Source of the DNA: Ophelia neglecta | Lineage: Eukaryota | Assembly (NCBI GenBank): GCA_965285935.1 | Contig: OZ260665.1 | Location: 28,148,001 to 28,212,000 of the forward strand | DNA: 64,000 nt | Reading direction: 5' to 3' | In this document: piece by piece, positions 12,849 to 27,542 of the stretch | Numbering within the stretch: position 1 is the first letter of the stretch | Layout: each line of letters starts with the position of its first letter | Program-made: the position numbers and the translations under genes | Notes under the pieces: model-generated | Databases searched by the model: none | Told to the model about the DNA's origin: nothing | The model's input: only the letters and a program-made list of their open reading frames with translations

Positions 12849-14755
12849 AGTACATGGCATCCCCTGCAGCAGCCTCTCACTCCCACAAATGCAGCAGACA
12901 GGTCTGCATTCACTTTGTTGTAATCTTTTATAACATTTTGTAACTTGATGTACATACATTCACAAGTCCCTTAGGTAGCCATGTATCAAAAATCTATCAA
13001 CCTAAAATAAGGAATCCCTTTGGTACAAAACACTTACAAGTCTCCTTAAAATGGCAATTTTATGCTGTCCTTTAAATACTTTCAAACACTTGCTTTCAAT
13101 ATGAAGCCAAATTTAGCCACGACTCCCCACTGGCTAGTGGTAGGGCACTTTCTGTAGCAGCCCGAGTACACACAATCCTGGCTGCTCTAAGCCAAATTTG
13201 GGCCCATTGCCTTTGAAGGTTGTAATCCCAATAAATATTGTGTTGTAGGATCAGGGAAAATGAGCTATAAAATTACTCTAACGAACACCACAAATTGCTG
13301 TGAAGAACGGGTGGTGTGCCTGTATTAATATAAAGTGACATGGTGGATTTGGAGGTGCCCATTTCGGCTAATCAGTTGTGGCGAGGCTTAAGCCTGCTAG
13401 ATAGGCAGGGAGAGGGGTATAGGTCGTCTGCAGGCTGCAGGAGTCTGCCAGGCATTTGGCTCTGGCCTTCATGGGCAAATACACTCATTTGTTAAAGGCC
13501 TGGGATCAATGTCACGTACAGGTGTTTTCAATCTAAATAATTTAGCTGCCAATTTTCACTTTCAGACAGATTATTGGTAACATTCTAGATAATAAGGCAT
13601 AGTTTTGTCTCCTGACTATGATAACCACTTCTTATGTTATGTACAATATCAAAACAAATGTTTTAATACTTATCAAAGTGTAGTCACGTAAGTGTTTTAA
13701 AATGAAGACAAAAACTTCATAAGAGAGACAAATTTGAAGAGATTGTATTTAGATGTGACATGGTGCAATCCATTCTAGACGACTCACCCTTCACATGAGT
13801 GAAAATGATACATGAGACGATTTGTCAGGGTTCTCTCCAAAAGTGGCATCATCCTTGGCTGAATTTGTGAATTCCGGTGGAGAAGATGTCTGCTTGTCAA
13901 ATTGCTTTAAGTGTATTATATGATTTGGCTGAGACTAGATGGGACGTCAGATGATGAATGTATTGCGCTTCCAGTGACATGCTGTTACATTTGTCTAATG
14001 GTGATTGGTCAGAATTGATTGTCACATGTCAAATCTCATGGCCATCAATCCTTCAATTTTCCTCCGCCTGCCAAACAACTGTCATAATCTGATGGCGGGC
14101 CTATTTCCTAAAGTTTTTCTATGTCTAAGAAGTATCGTAGCAATTTATATAAATAGCATACAGCAAAACCGTCCCTCCTCTGTCTTATTTGGAGCCAGTT
14201 CACGTCCCATTTCAGAGAATGGCCAGGTCCAACGAGACCTTTGTGACTGTATCAGAACAACTTTAGATAAAACTACCAAGAAACTGACATCAGCATACAT
14301 GAGTTTGAATTTTGGAGACATCCCCATGATGGCTGATAGGAGATGATGGTATGGAGATGGAGCTTTGATCTGACATGTCTGTATACATGTGTATGTAAGT
14401 CTTTGGTAAAGAAATGTGGCCATTTTATACCCTCAAACAAATCTTAGTCAACAAATGTAAGTATGTCAACACAAAGTTGATATATTATGACTAGCTGGCC
14501 TCAGATGGCCAGGGTTTTAACATTATCCATTTCCCTGTTTACTAACTTGATACATCCCGGCAGTTAGCCGTCAGACAGGAGAATCAAATATAATGTTGTT
14601 TCTCCAGTAAATAGTCCAATGAAAACAGAGCGATCTGGTGGCAGGCCAGACGTCAAATGAATCACACCAAACAAACATCAACTGGTAAAAAAACCACCGC
14701 CAGAAAACATACGGCTGTTTGCAATGATGTTATAATATGTCCTAAAACCGCTCCT

Positions 14756-14765
14756 CTGTCAATCA
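14756..14765 (-). promoter_or_regulatory. Perfect Pbx-Meis decamer (TGATTGACAG) inside a CpG-retaining patch
   Basis: ctgtcaatca at 14756-14765. Confidence 0.4.
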
Positions 14766-16208
14766 GAATGGGGCTTAGCGCAAAAAAAGCGACAGGATGC
14801 CAATCATCGAGAAATAAGAGACCGGTTGAAAGGGTGCAAGTTCTTTGTACTGTGGACTGGGTTCACACAGATAGGCTTGGTGGGTAAATAGTGGCCACCC
14901 CCTGCATAGGCAGCAAAAAATATTGAAAATATTTAGCTTTCCACTGAAAGATTGCTATTGTTACAAAAAAATAGGCTGGTTAATTTGATGGCTGTGCTTG
15001 TCTGTCAGTTTGGTTGTTAGAGAAATGGCATTTTCTGGCAGAAAGGAGGGTTCAAATATATTGTCTGCACCTTCTGGTAGATACCTCAAGCTGCCTCAAA
15101 GCTTTTTATTTGGCTTAGTTTATATTACAAAATTGCCACCATATTTATGGTGTTTTATTGTCTAATAGATAAGAGAATATCAGCACAGTGGTAGCTTTGT
15201 TTGAGCTGATACACAGGTCTCAGAATTATAACTCACAAGATGCTAACTTAGAGCTACTGTTTGTATTGGCCAGAAGACAAGTTCTTTATTCAGAGGTAAA
15301 GTCTTCAAATTCCTTTGCCACAAAGGGTACATGATATATGAACATGTGATTATTGAAATGGTACTCTTCCAGGGGTGAATTGTCATACCAAATAAGTGAA
15401 TTTATAATAATGCTTTGAAAGGTATTGATCAAAATGTCTTTCACTTTTGCAAATTACATTCAATGTCATTTAAAACTTCACTATTTTTATTCTCAGACAA
15501 CAACCATATGCTCTATCCCTTAAAGTTAACAAAACATGGCCTGGAGAATTTAACATGAAAAGTGTCAAACCCTGGAAAGGTTCAAATAATAGAAAAAAAA
15601 CCATAGCCACAAATAAGAAAAGAATACAATTAAATGGTTGGGCACATGACTTGTGATTCTTCATGTGAAACATGACAGATCAGCACTTGACTTAATGAAA
15701 GTAATAGTATCAGTGGGTCAGGGTATTTCCATGCTATGATGTTGTCAGTTCATTGTGTTTGAGATTGACACGCTATGTATTTGGCCCCCTAAGTGGCGGT
15801 ACATGAGGAAATAAGCAAATAATTGTGATCGGCAGTTTTTATAAATGAATCCATAATTGATACAAGATATGGTTGATAAAAGTGACAAGTGAATTCCAGC
15901 ACAAACAGAGAGAGTACTTGTACAGTGTGCTCTCATGTTAAATATTTGTCTGCAATATCTTCCTAAAAAACAGGAAAATTGGGAGGCAAGCAATTATAGC
16001 CTAATTTCACAGGATATTTCCACAGCAGATTACAAGTGTGATTCATACATGTTGTTTATCATCTTTATTGAGTTGATGGGACATGTCCTGCAGATGGGCC
16101 GTTTTTCATGTTCTTCGCATTATCAAAAGTAACATAGAATTCACGAAAGTGCCTGAAGAGTCATGGAAGTTACAGAAAATGCTGGTGGTGAAAACTCCAT
16201 GTTTTACA

Positions 16209-16231
16209 CTGTCATCAATCACGCACTGTCA
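16209..16231 (-). promoter_or_regulatory. Pbx-Hox-type TGATTGAT flanked by two Meis TGACAG sites
   Basis: ctgtca at 16209, atcaatca at 16214-16221, ctgtca at 16226. Confidence 0.35.
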
Positions 16232-16680
16232 GTTTCTGCCAAATTCTTACAGACAACTATATATGTCTAAACACTTTGAGGCAAACACATAGAATGATAT
16301 CACTCAGGCCTGGACATGCATAATTAATAATTTGAAATTTATACAGACATGGAGAACCCCTAAATGTATTGAAGGGAAACTAGGACTGTTTTTTCAGGGT
16401 GTTTTTATACAATCTGTCATATTTAACCAGAGAACAAGCATCTCAGGGAGAGTGGATGTCATCATTGAGACCTCTACTTACTTTGTGATTTATAAATGTT
16501 GAAACTCAATAAACTTGGAGACTCATTGCCATTCTTAGCCACAGAATACAGCCAGTAGTATCTATGTATGATAATTCATTGTTCTTTGTGGAGTATTGTA
16601 AATGTAGGAAGCAGATGATATATATGATGTGCTTTTCATATTCCAGCTTATACTTTAGCAAATAATACTAAATGGTGTAA

Positions 16681-16824
16681 ACCTGGGCAAAGGACATACA
16701 CATTGTGCAAGTGGACCTGGGTGAATATACACATTGTACAAATAGACCTGTTTAAATATACACATTGTACAAATAGACCTGGGTGAATATACACATTGTA
16801 CAAATAGACCTGGGTGAATATACA
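16681..16824. repeat. 31-bp minisatellite (acacattgtacaaatagacctgggtgaatat), about 4.5 copies
   Basis: Direct periodicity. Confidence 0.92.
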
Positions 16825-17643
16825 TGTCCACAAGTGTTACAAGTCCCAAGTATTATATACAAGTCCATAGGGTGTAACAGTGTTACAAGCCAGGCTGAGA
16901 GGCGGCGAGGTTCAAGATTGGGTTTCTTAAAAGTTTTTAAAAATTGAGGTTACCTCTTAATGCCTGACATTGGCTAGGTAGGTGAATTCATCCAGCTTGA
17001 CAAGATGGTTCTTTTATTTCAGCTGACCCTTGTACACCCACTGTAATGGCCATCTTTAATTAGAGGTTTAGCTGCCGAAGTAACATTTCAAGGTCGGCAT
17101 GTAGAAGTATTTTTGACCTATATGTACATGCATGTGACCATTGTTTGAGTTTCAATCCCTGTAAGTGACTCTTTCTTCTCATCTTCTCTTGCTACGCTAC
17201 AGTGTTCTAATTGTTCATCCATATCTTTGTCTCAGCCTCTGGTGAATTGTTGATTCTACTCTCATTGCATTTCTATACACTGTTCCTATGGTTGCACCTT
17301 AGATACTTAAATTTGTCCTGTCTCATTTTGGTCCCTGCCACATAAATGAGTCTAATGTGCCTGCCTCTGACAATGGGATATTGTGTATTTGAGTTATAGC
17401 CTGTCCTAAGTAATATTCTGGGAAGATTAAGCCAGGACAGAATCTTGAAGGGTCGCGGTATAAAATAGATATTTGTGGCTCGTTCATCAGCGGGTAAATG
17501 GGAGGATGTGACAGGGCTGTCAGGTAGTGAATACTTTATGTCAGAGTCAGCTGATTTGAGAGATTTATGGGCTTGTGACTGGCTCAGAAGAATGATTCCT
17601 GAAGGTCTCTAACTGAGAATGGAGCACCAAGGAAGGAGAATCC

Positions 17644-18650
17644 AGGGCCATGGTGGCTGGCTCAGTCAAGGGCCATAATGGTGAGCTAAGCCAAGGGCCA
17701 TAATGGTTGGCAAAGCCATGGGCCATGTTGGCTAGGCCAAGGGCCATGGTGGCTGGATCAGTCAAGGGCCACAATGGTTAGCTAAGCCAAGGGCCATGGT
17801 GGCTGGCTTAGTCAAGGGCCATGGTGGCTGGCTTAGTCAATGGCCATGGTGGCTGGCTCAGTCAAGGGCCATAATGGTGAGCTAAGCCAAGGGCCATAAT
17901 GGTTGGCAAAGCCATGGGCCATGTTGGCTAGGCCAAGGGCCATGGTGGCTGGATCAGTCAAGGGCCACAATGGTTAGCTAAGCCAAGGGCCATGGTGGCT
18001 GGCTTAGTCAAGGGCCATGGTGGCTGGCTTAGTCAACGGCCATGGTGGCTGGCTCAGTCAAGGGCCATGATGGTTGGCAAAGCCAAGGGCCATGGTGGCT
18101 ACATCAGCCAAGGGCCATAATGGTTGGCAAAGCCAAGAGCTATGGTGGCTGGCTTAGTCAAGGCATTGGTGGCTGGATCAGCCAAGGGCTATGGTGGCTG
18201 GCTCAGTCAAGGGCCATGATGGTTGGCAAAGCCAAGGGCCATGGTGGCTACATCAGCCAAGGGCCATAATGGTTGGCAAAGCCAAGAGCTATGGTGGCTG
18301 GCTTAGTCAAGGCATTGGTGGCTGGATCAGCCAAGGGCTATGGTGGCTGGCTCAGTCAAGGGCCATGGTGGCTGGCTTAGTCAAGGGCCATGGTGGCTGG
18401 CTTAGTCAAGGGCCATGGTGGCTGGCTTAGTCAATGGCCATGGTGGCTGGCTCAGTCAAGGGCCATGATGGTTGGCAAAGCCAAGGGCCATGGTGGCTAC
18501 ATCAGCCAAGGGCCATAATGGTTGGCAAAGCCAAGAGCTATGGTGGCTGGCTCCGTCAAGGTCCATGATGGTTGGCAAAGCCAAGGGCTATGGTGGCTGG
18601 CTTAGTCAAGGGCTATATGGTGGCTGCCTCAGTCAAGGGCCATGATGGTT
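17644..18650. repeat. About 25-bp minisatellite (agggccatggtggctggcttagtca) with higher-order blocks
   Basis: A 196-bp block is repeated twice (ggtgagctaag at 17680 and 17876), then a 149-bp block is repeated (18042 and 18191). Confidence 0.95.
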
Positions 18651-19455
18651 AGCTCTGCCAAGGTCTTCGAAGGCTCCGTAAGATATCAGAGGCCTCATTC
18701 TGTTTAGGCCTACATCCTTCAATGTAATTAAGTTGTTTATATCCTTGGACCTTGATATTCTGTGGTGCACAGGCTACCAGTACTGACCATGTGGCCTTTG
18801 GGACCTTTTTGTCAAAGTTTTCTACTTGCGTGCTCCTCTGTTTGAAAGCTAGGGGCCTGTTTTGTGCAGATTTCCTCTTCTTGCTGAGGTCAACCATCTT
18901 CCCTTGTAGCTGACCGCCAGTCCCCTGTGTTCAATGAGAATTATGAAATCATCCTGGCAATATAAATTAAATTTTTCAGTTCTTGTCAGAGGAGTGATAT
19001 ATTATTCTGGGCTAGGAGGCCATGGCAGATATTGAATCCCTGAGGATGGTTGAAGGGATCCTGGGGAGCGGGGTAAGCCAATTATTGGTGATATATAGCA
19101 CTCATTTCATACAATGGATGTTGCTATCAGATGTGAGTGTTAATGCAGGGGACCTGGGCTGTGTCATTGTGAGCAGTCGTGTCCCTGACCTGTAATGGGC
19201 ATCTGTGGGTTGGAATGCAGGCCAAAGCTCTACCCAACACGACACGGAAATTGTTATGATATTATCTCTTCTATCCCTGGCATTAATCTCACAAACTGAG
19301 TCAGAGTAATTACAGGGGCTCTCAATAAATGACAGTTATAACTGGCTTTGTCTAACACAAATTGACAACTTCATAAACATTCATCTGCATGTCTGTAAGC
19401 TGTTTAGTAATTTTATGATGGAGATATAGTTCATGGTAACTACATATATTACATC

Positions 19456-19832
19456 AGGCAAAAAAACTGTGTCTTCAGTTCCTAACCTACCCTTACTAAA
19501 CCTCCCACATCAAAAGTTGGAAAAGGAAAACCTTTGACTACCTGACTGTCAAGCCTGCATGCAACCATTTCCTTGAGACTGGCCAAGAATGCTGCATCCA
19601 TTTTGGTAAAACAAGGTTCATTGAAGAATCTTGAAAATAAATTGCCAATGATTCCTTTCCTAAAACATACAGATATCCTGCAGCCTATCTGTTAGATTAA
19701 GGAATACCTTTTGGCCCCTTTATTGAAGGGTCTGAAGGGGGTATCCACAGGTCTTATACTGACAAATGTTAAAATAAAATAAATATTCCTGCAGACCTTG
19801 TGGTATAATTTGATAATTGGAACTGGAAACAC
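19456..19832. mobile_element. Possible decayed non-autonomous DNA element (MITE-like)
   Basis: Imperfect inverted repeat gtgtcttcagttcc (19469-19482) / ggaactggaaacac (19819-19832), 12/14 match; internal cctacc motif also seen at 43865-44165. Confidence 0.35.
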
Positions 19833-21779
19833 CTCAGAAGCACAAAGAGAGGAAAGTGATTATTTAGAAATGGCTTTTTATGGGCACAGATTCTGACATG
19901 AAGTTAGAGGGCCACTGCTACATGGAGCTGATACCTGCTGAGCATGGAATGGGTCACACCGTGAACAGAGATAGGCGTGTTTTCCCCCCAGATCGTGGCC
20001 GGTGTATGAGCGTTATGACTTGTGATGTTCCCCCACCTTGGCACCTCCTTGATGGTAATGACCATTGACACGACTGACACCAAATATGACACCCACTCTC
20101 CCATTCTCCCGCCCGCCACTTCCGCTAACTGGATTTACTCAGCTCTCGTCAGAGCCTCAACTTTTCACTTGGGAATTATGCTCTATGTCTCCGGGTAATG
20201 CTTGCAAATTTAAGGTAAAAATGAATTGGATATTAACAGCTAATGGTGGTTGCCTGCCTCTGTTATTGCTCTTGTCATTTCTCTATCATTTTAACTCATG
20301 TGAATCACCTTGACCTTTGCATTCATGAAGGATGAACTGTGACATTCAATGTAAGGTCTAGGTTGAGGGGAGTGGGTCTCCTTGTGACTGAGATTGTGTC
20401 CAGTGTACCTGGCAATTTGGTATCATCAGATAATAGGCAATTTGTGACAAGACGAGTTATGAATGTAGTTTTTTTGTGTGTGGCATAACACTTTTAACCA
20501 AGTTGTCTGTTTACTTGTTTGTTGTGATGTGTTCAAGGCAGCTGAAGGTACCTAACAGGAGCAGGAGAGTAGTTTGGGTAGCAGGTCTACAAACATGTGG
20601 CCATGTTCTGGCTGTACCTTCCAGGACTGAAATTTGTGTAGCAGGTCTACAGAGTGCTGGACATGGATGTACGTGCGAGAGCAACTTGGCTGACAGGTGT
20701 CAAGTCCAATTTGTCTAGCCATCTCTCAGTATTTGTCAGTTTAGCTGTGTATGAAGGACAGTGGGCAGAGCCGGACCATTGAGACCTACAGGCAATAGAA
20801 TTTGTCTCATCTGGTCTTGTCTAGGCAATCGACAACCAAATAGGCCACATGCTCCCTTGATATGATTTGTCTCTTCTGCTTTGCTGTTTTCTCTCTCCAC
20901 AAATGAGATTTCAATCCCACTGTTACCCTGCTGGTTTATATATTTAGAGCACTGACATGCTTTTATAAAAACTGGATGATCAAATCATTTGATTTTCAAT
21001 CATGAAAACAGGATGGGCCTTTGTGTATGAAATGTATACAGTCCATGGTTTAACAGTGTTAAGCAAGTCCTAACAATTTATGACATGTTTGGCAAATGAT
21101 AGTGCAAGGAAACTCAATACACGCCTGGTCTCAAAACACACCTGATTTAAAACCCTGAGTGTATACAGATATAGATCTAGATATGGATGTATATATGTAC
21201 ATGTAGGTGTCTTTAAACTGATCCACTATTTGCCACCTGGTGTACAATATATATTTAAATTACATGTATTTTTTTAACAGAAATACACTGAGTTCAGCCA
21301 ATCTGGGATTCCTTTACAGTTCTATGACAGGTTGTCAGGCCACGATTGACATACTAGCTTGTTTTAGTCTGCCCGGTGTTTTCTATCATTTAATGGTATT
21401 GAATCATAAGTCTGAACATTGTAAGTTAGATAGTAGCAGTGCTTTGGGCTGGATTATTGAGTCAGTTCTACATGAGATGTCTTAGATAGAAGTCATTATA
21501 TTGTGAAGCCTGATGAGTCTGCTCTGGCAGACTCATCTGTCTAGTGGGGTCCCTCTCTCTCCCCCAACATCAATCATTTCTATGGCAGCTGTCATAATCT
21601 GGAGGTGTACATGGGGACTCCAAATGGCATACTATACCCCGCCCCCACCCCGCACTCACACACACACCACATGGTATATGGGTGTATGTGTGTGTATAAA
21701 AAAAACTAGTTCAATAAGTCTTGAAACCAGTAACACTGGTAATTAGATGGTGATGTTATACGTTCTTACTCGGGAGGAG

Positions 21780-22300
21780 TACAGACATAGCGAGGGATTG
21801 CTGGGTAATGGGCAGGACCTTCATCCATGGCTATAAGTAGGAAGTTTCCCACAGTTCAATGTCCTTAGACCTTACTGTGTGTTTGTGCACTGCACAATAT
21901 TTCTGGCACTTGTCACTTTTGACCTTGGATATGTGACCTTGACTTCAGACTTCTTGTCATAGACACATCTCAAGGAGTGATAGTCCTTTATACTTTGACT
22001 TTACATAGGGGTGCCATTGTTGCATTTTGAGCTATATTATTTGCACAGTAACCGTGACAAATTTTGAATGGTGTATACCATAAACCTTATTAAAAGTCCT
22101 CTGGTGAAATGACAATGGAGCAAAGGCATACTGAATGTATTGACATCAGCATACAAAGTCCATTACTAGGTATCTAATGGTAACCTTAAAAGTTGACCTT
22201 GACCTCTGCTAGGTATCTAATGGTGACCTTGAAGTTTGAGCTTGACCTCTTTCACAGAGCCATATTGTGAAACCAAGATGATAAATGCTTGTTTGTGGTT
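21780..22300. mobile_element. Possible decayed interspersed repeat rich in tgacctt(gacct), with an internal 43-bp duplication (22166-22250)
   Basis: Clustered tgacctt motifs; ctaggtatctaatggt..acctt..ttgacctct at 22166 and 22209. The family assignment is inference. Confidence 0.4.
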
Positions 22301-25210
22301 TAACAACACCGGATATGCAAGTCAAAATGATGACAATTATTCGAAAATTATATATGTATTCAAAGAATCTACTGGAGGTCTAATATCTGATTGTAGTTCC
22401 AAAGTCAATTAGATAAAGCAGTATTTTCAAAGCTTTGAAGAGTACAGTGAAAAGATCAACAAGGTTTGCATCAGTTCAGTTATTCTGGCTTTAATCTACC
22501 CCCAGGATTCATAACTGCAAATATTCTGCTTTTGCCTTTTCTCTGGCCATGAACCATTAAAGTTTGCATCTTGATATTATCAAAGAATCTAGATATTTCC
22601 AAGTGTTCACTAGCTAGAGTGGTTAACTGTGGACATTCCTTAGATTCCTGATAATTGTCCATGTTCAAATGAACAAGCCAGTGTGCCCATGTGCTCCTCT
22701 GGAGTTGCTCATCCACTCCAATAACGTTAGTAATCACAAATGAATCCTGACCGTTGGACCGTGCAGTAATTAATAGATCTCCTTCTCTTTGCCCATATGT
22801 CTATCTCATGCAGGCCTTGTCACAACCACTGACTTCCATACCATCTACAACTGTCTAAAGTGGTTTGTACAGTAACTGGACATGAACGACATCTTAGCTG
22901 GGCTATGATACATGGAGTACATGTTCCCTCTTCAATATAGAGCCAGACATTTACTTATAACGAGTGGTATACAGCAGCTTATTGCTTCTATTTATTCTGA
23001 ATTAATTTTCACAAAAGAGTGCATAGAATATGGCACAGGAGTGTAGCAAACTTATATGTAAGAGTCCCTGTGACCAGTTTAAGAACCTAGGATTCTCCTG
23101 TGCTCAGACTTTCTGTAATAATTATTAATCAAAGTACCAATGAAGGAGACTCATTGAGGAACCATGGCCTTGTTCAATATGTTCATTCCTATCCAGAATG
23201 CATGAGTTTACCAAGTTTTTGACAAATCATTGACAATGTGGAAGGGGAAAAAAGGAATAAATTTACTCAAAGGAAAAAAATGAAAATGAAATATTGTACA
23301 GGAATTTACCAAAATGGTTATAAGTAGGGTCGGAAAATTCAACAAACTGAACAAGTAAAAGTACAGGTTGTAGGATCATTTTCCTGGGCAGCGGTAATAA
23401 ATTATAATTTCCAACCAATTTCCCCTGGGCAGTCTGTAAAAACAAAATATTAAAAAATCGATGGCCTTTACAGAATACAAACCTGAAGCAATTCCTTTCC
23501 CAATTTTCTAACTGGGCACTGATCTATTGAGTATATGTATTATTGTTAAAGTAAATGGTAATTTTATACCTCATATCCTTTTAAACAACAAAGTCATGAT
23601 ATCACGAGACCATATTATTGTACAGAACTTTACTTGGAACTTCGCTGTGAATTGAATTTTAAACCATTGTAATTCACTTAAACACTAAATATGTGAGCAG
23701 CTAATCTTCCCAAGTCATTCAAACAGAAACTATCTCTCAGCTCCTCAATATAAACAACTGAAGACAAGGAGTTCACCTCAGTCTGCCTTGAAAATAATCT
23801 GACTGTTTGTCAATTTCTTTATTAGGCTGTCAGTGAGGGGTGATTATATGATCATAGACTAATATGCCAGACATGAGTCCCAAAACTGTACGCTGGGCTT
23901 CATGTAGGCCATACAGACTTGAGTCTTGTTATTTTTGTTTGACACAGCATAATCAATATCTGACTAAAAATTACTGTAATATTTGACCTTGCAATTAACC
24001 AAATTAAAATCAAAGACATTCTTTTTAAATTGCCCTTTAAATTATAACATCTTTGAATTAAATCTAGCCTGCTTTTAGGTCCATTTAAAAGTCATTTCTT
24101 TACTATCTAAATATATTGAAAGAAATATGATTGGAAATTGTAAACACACATCCAACCATAGCTTGTAGCACCGAGGCACTGCACTGGCACTTGGCCGTAG
24201 TGTTCCTTTGTTTAACATGTACATATCCAATCAAACATGATGTTATTGTGCTCCATCATGATTTGGGCTAAAATTGATTTCTGATATCTGACTCTGATCT
24301 TATCTGTCTATGACCACCAGCGTTATACATGGGTGTAAATCAGCAGCCTTATTAAACTAGTACTAAGGACCTGACAGAAAGTTTACTGTTTATGTAGATG
24401 GCAGATGATGTTCCTATTTAACACATAACAAGCTGTGTAGTCTGCTCTCAAACCATTAAGTCTCTAGAAGGATCCCTTGCCTTTATTAACAGTGTCTATC
24501 AGGATGATATATGGGGCCTATCTCCCTAGTTCCTGGTGTCATCCTGCCTGCGTCAGATCTCATTCTTCAATCTGTCGTTCTCCTCATAAACCAATATCCA
24601 GCCATCGTGGCGGTACGTAAGGCACATAAATCGAGCCGCACATCCAAAGTAATGATCTGGCCTGGCTTGCCCTGATTCCATCCATTGTGATCTACAAGAC
24701 GCCCCCCTCTATCAATCTCAAGTACTATAACATCCCCTCAAAGAATGCCGGGCCCGAATGATCAATAGCTTCCTCCCAGATTCACTTCTTATTCTGATTG
24801 GAGCAGATGGAGATGGTAAAGTTTGAATTGTTGAGATAAAAACGTACCTGTCTGTGTTTGTGACATCACATGTGTCTTGCTCTGATGTCACTGATTAGCT
24901 ATGACATCACATCCGGAAAATGTTAACTGCATGATGTATGAGATGTCACAGGATAAATTAAACACTGGGTAATGTTTAAAAGTTGAACCAGTGTATAAAG
25001 ACATATTTTAAAAAGATGCTTTTGATCTTTATAAAGATGGCACATTTATATTTCTTCCATGTGATTGTTAAGTTAGAGGTCTTGTTGTGGCATGTGTGGA
25101 GATGTTATGCTCAATGATTCAATATGACTGAGCTTGTTTACCTCTTGTGTGGCTTGATAAATGATCTATTGTGTGGTATCTGGATGCTGAGTGTTAAGTT
25201 TTAAGTCCTC

Positions 25211-27542
25211 TCTATTTATCTCAGTGTGTAGGTCTAGCCTCCACACCCAAGTCCTCACCCTCCACCCCCCAGTCCTCACCCTCCACACCCCAGTCTCACC
25301 CTCCACACCCCAGTCTCACCCTCCACACCCCAGTCCTCACCCTCCACACCCCAGTCTCACCCTCCACACCCCAGTCCTCACCCTCCACACCCCAGTCCTC
25401 CACCTCCACACCCCAGTCTCACCCTCCACACCCCAGTCCTCACCCTCCACACCCCAGTCTCACCCTCCACACCCCAGTCCTCACCCTCCACACCCCAGTC
25501 TCACCCTCCACACCCCAGTCCTCACCCTCCACACCCCAGTCCTCACCCTCCACACCCCAGTCTCACCCTCCACACCCCAGTCTCACCCTCCACACCCAAG
25601 TCCTCACCCTCCACACCCCAGTCTCACCCTCCACACCCCAGTCCTCACCCTCCACACCCCAGTCCTCCACCTCCACACCCCAGTCCTCACCCTCCACACC
25701 CAAGTCCTCACCCTCCACACTCCAGTCCTCACCCTCCACACCCAAGTCCTCACCCTCCACACCACAGTCCTCACCCTCCACACCCCAGTCTCACCCTCCA
25801 CACCCCAGTCCTCACCCTCCATACCCCAGTCCTCACCCTCCACACCCCAGTCCTCACCCTCCACACCCCAGTCCTCACCCTCCACACCCCAGTCCTCACC
25901 CTCCACACCCAGTCCTCACACTCCAGTCCTCACCCTCCACACCCAGTCCTCACCCTCCACACCCCAGTCCTCACCCTCCACACCCCAGTCCTCACCCTCC
26001 ACACCCAGTCCTCACCCTCCACACCCTAGTCCTCCACCCCAGTCCTCCACCCAAGTCCTCACCCTCCACACCCCAGTCCTCACCCTCCACACCCCAGTCC
26101 TCACCCTCCACACCCCAGTCTCACCCTCCACACCCCAGTCCTCACCCTCCACACCCCAGTCTCACCCTCCACACCCCAGTCCTCACCCTCCACACCCCAG
26201 TATCACCCTCCACACCCCAGTCCTCACCCTCCACACCCAAGTCCTCCACCCAAGTCCTCACCCTCCACAACCCAGTCCTCACCCTCCACACCCCAGTCTC
26301 ACCCTCCACACCCCAGTCCTCACCCTCCACACCCCAGTCCTCCACCTCCACACCCAGGTCCTCACCCTCCACACCCCAGTCCTCCACCCAAGTCCTCACC
26401 CTCCACACCCCAGTCCTCACCCTCCACACCCCAGTACTCACCCTCCATACCCAAGTCCTTGCCCTCCACACCCCAGTCCTCACCCTCCACACCCCAGTAC
26501 TCACCCTCCATACCCCAGTCCTTGCCCTCCACACCCCAGTCCTCCACCCCAGTCCTCCACCCAAGTCCTCACCTCCACACCCAGTCCTCACCCTCCATCC
26601 CCCAATCCTATTTATTTCAGTATGTAGTTCTCGCCTCCACAGCCCAGTCCTCACCCTCCACACCCCAGTCCTCACCCTCCACACCCCAGTCCTCACCCTC
26701 CACACTCCAGTCTTCACCCTCCACACCCCAATCCTCACCCCTATTTATTTCAGTATGTAGTTCTAGCCTCCACACCCCAGTTTTCACCCTCCACACCCCA
26801 TTCTTCACCCTCCACACCCCAGTCCTCACCCCTATTCATTCCAGTGTGTAGTTCTAGCCTCCACACCCCAGTCCTCACCCTCCACACCCCAGTCTTCACC
26901 CTTTTTATTTCATTATGTAGTTCTAGCCTCCACACCTCAGTCTTCACCCTCCACACCCCAGTCCTCACCCCTATTTATTTCAGTATGTAGTTCTAGCCTC
27001 CACCCCCCAGTTATCACCCTCCACACCCCAGTCTTCACCCTCCACATCCCCAGTCCTCACCCCTATTTATTCCAGTGTGTAGTTCTAGCCTCCACACCCC
27101 AGTCCTCACCCTCCACACCCCAGTCTTCACCCTCCACACCCCAGTCCTCACCCCTATTTATTCCAGTGTGTAGTTCTAGCTTCCACACCCCAGTCCTCAC
27201 CCCTATTTATTCCAGTATGTAGTTCTAACCTCCACACCCCAGTTATCACCCTCCACACCCCAGTCTTCACCCTCCACACCCCAGTCCTCACCCCTATTTA
27301 TTCCAGTGTGTATTTCTAGCCTCCACACCCCAGTCCTCACCCCTATTTATTCCAGTGTGTAGTTCTAGCCTCCACACCCCAGTCCTCACCCCTATTTATT
27401 CCAGTATGTAGTTCTAACCTCCACACCCCAGTTATCACCCTCCACACCCCAGTCTTCACCCTCCATACCCCAGTCCTCACCCCTATTTATTCCAGTGTGT
27501 AGTTCTAGCCTCCACACCCCAGTCCTCACCCCTATTTATCTC
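25211..27542. repeat. Composite C-rich minisatellite: 20/21-bp ccctccacaccccagt(c)ctca units, with an AT-rich spacer (ctatttattccagtgtgtagttctagc) in the distal part
   Basis: Spacer-free 20/21-mers at about 25238-26600; spacer-containing units at about 26607-27540. Confidence 0.97.

Noticed and set aside
25191-26851. Pro/His/Ser-rich extensin-like ORFs
   Set aside because: Mixed 20/21-bp units shift frame constantly; C-rich sequence lacks stops by composition.
26607-27540. CRISPR-like repeat/spacer alternation
   Set aside because: The intervening segments are themselves repeats rather than unique spacers; eukaryotic context and no cas genes.
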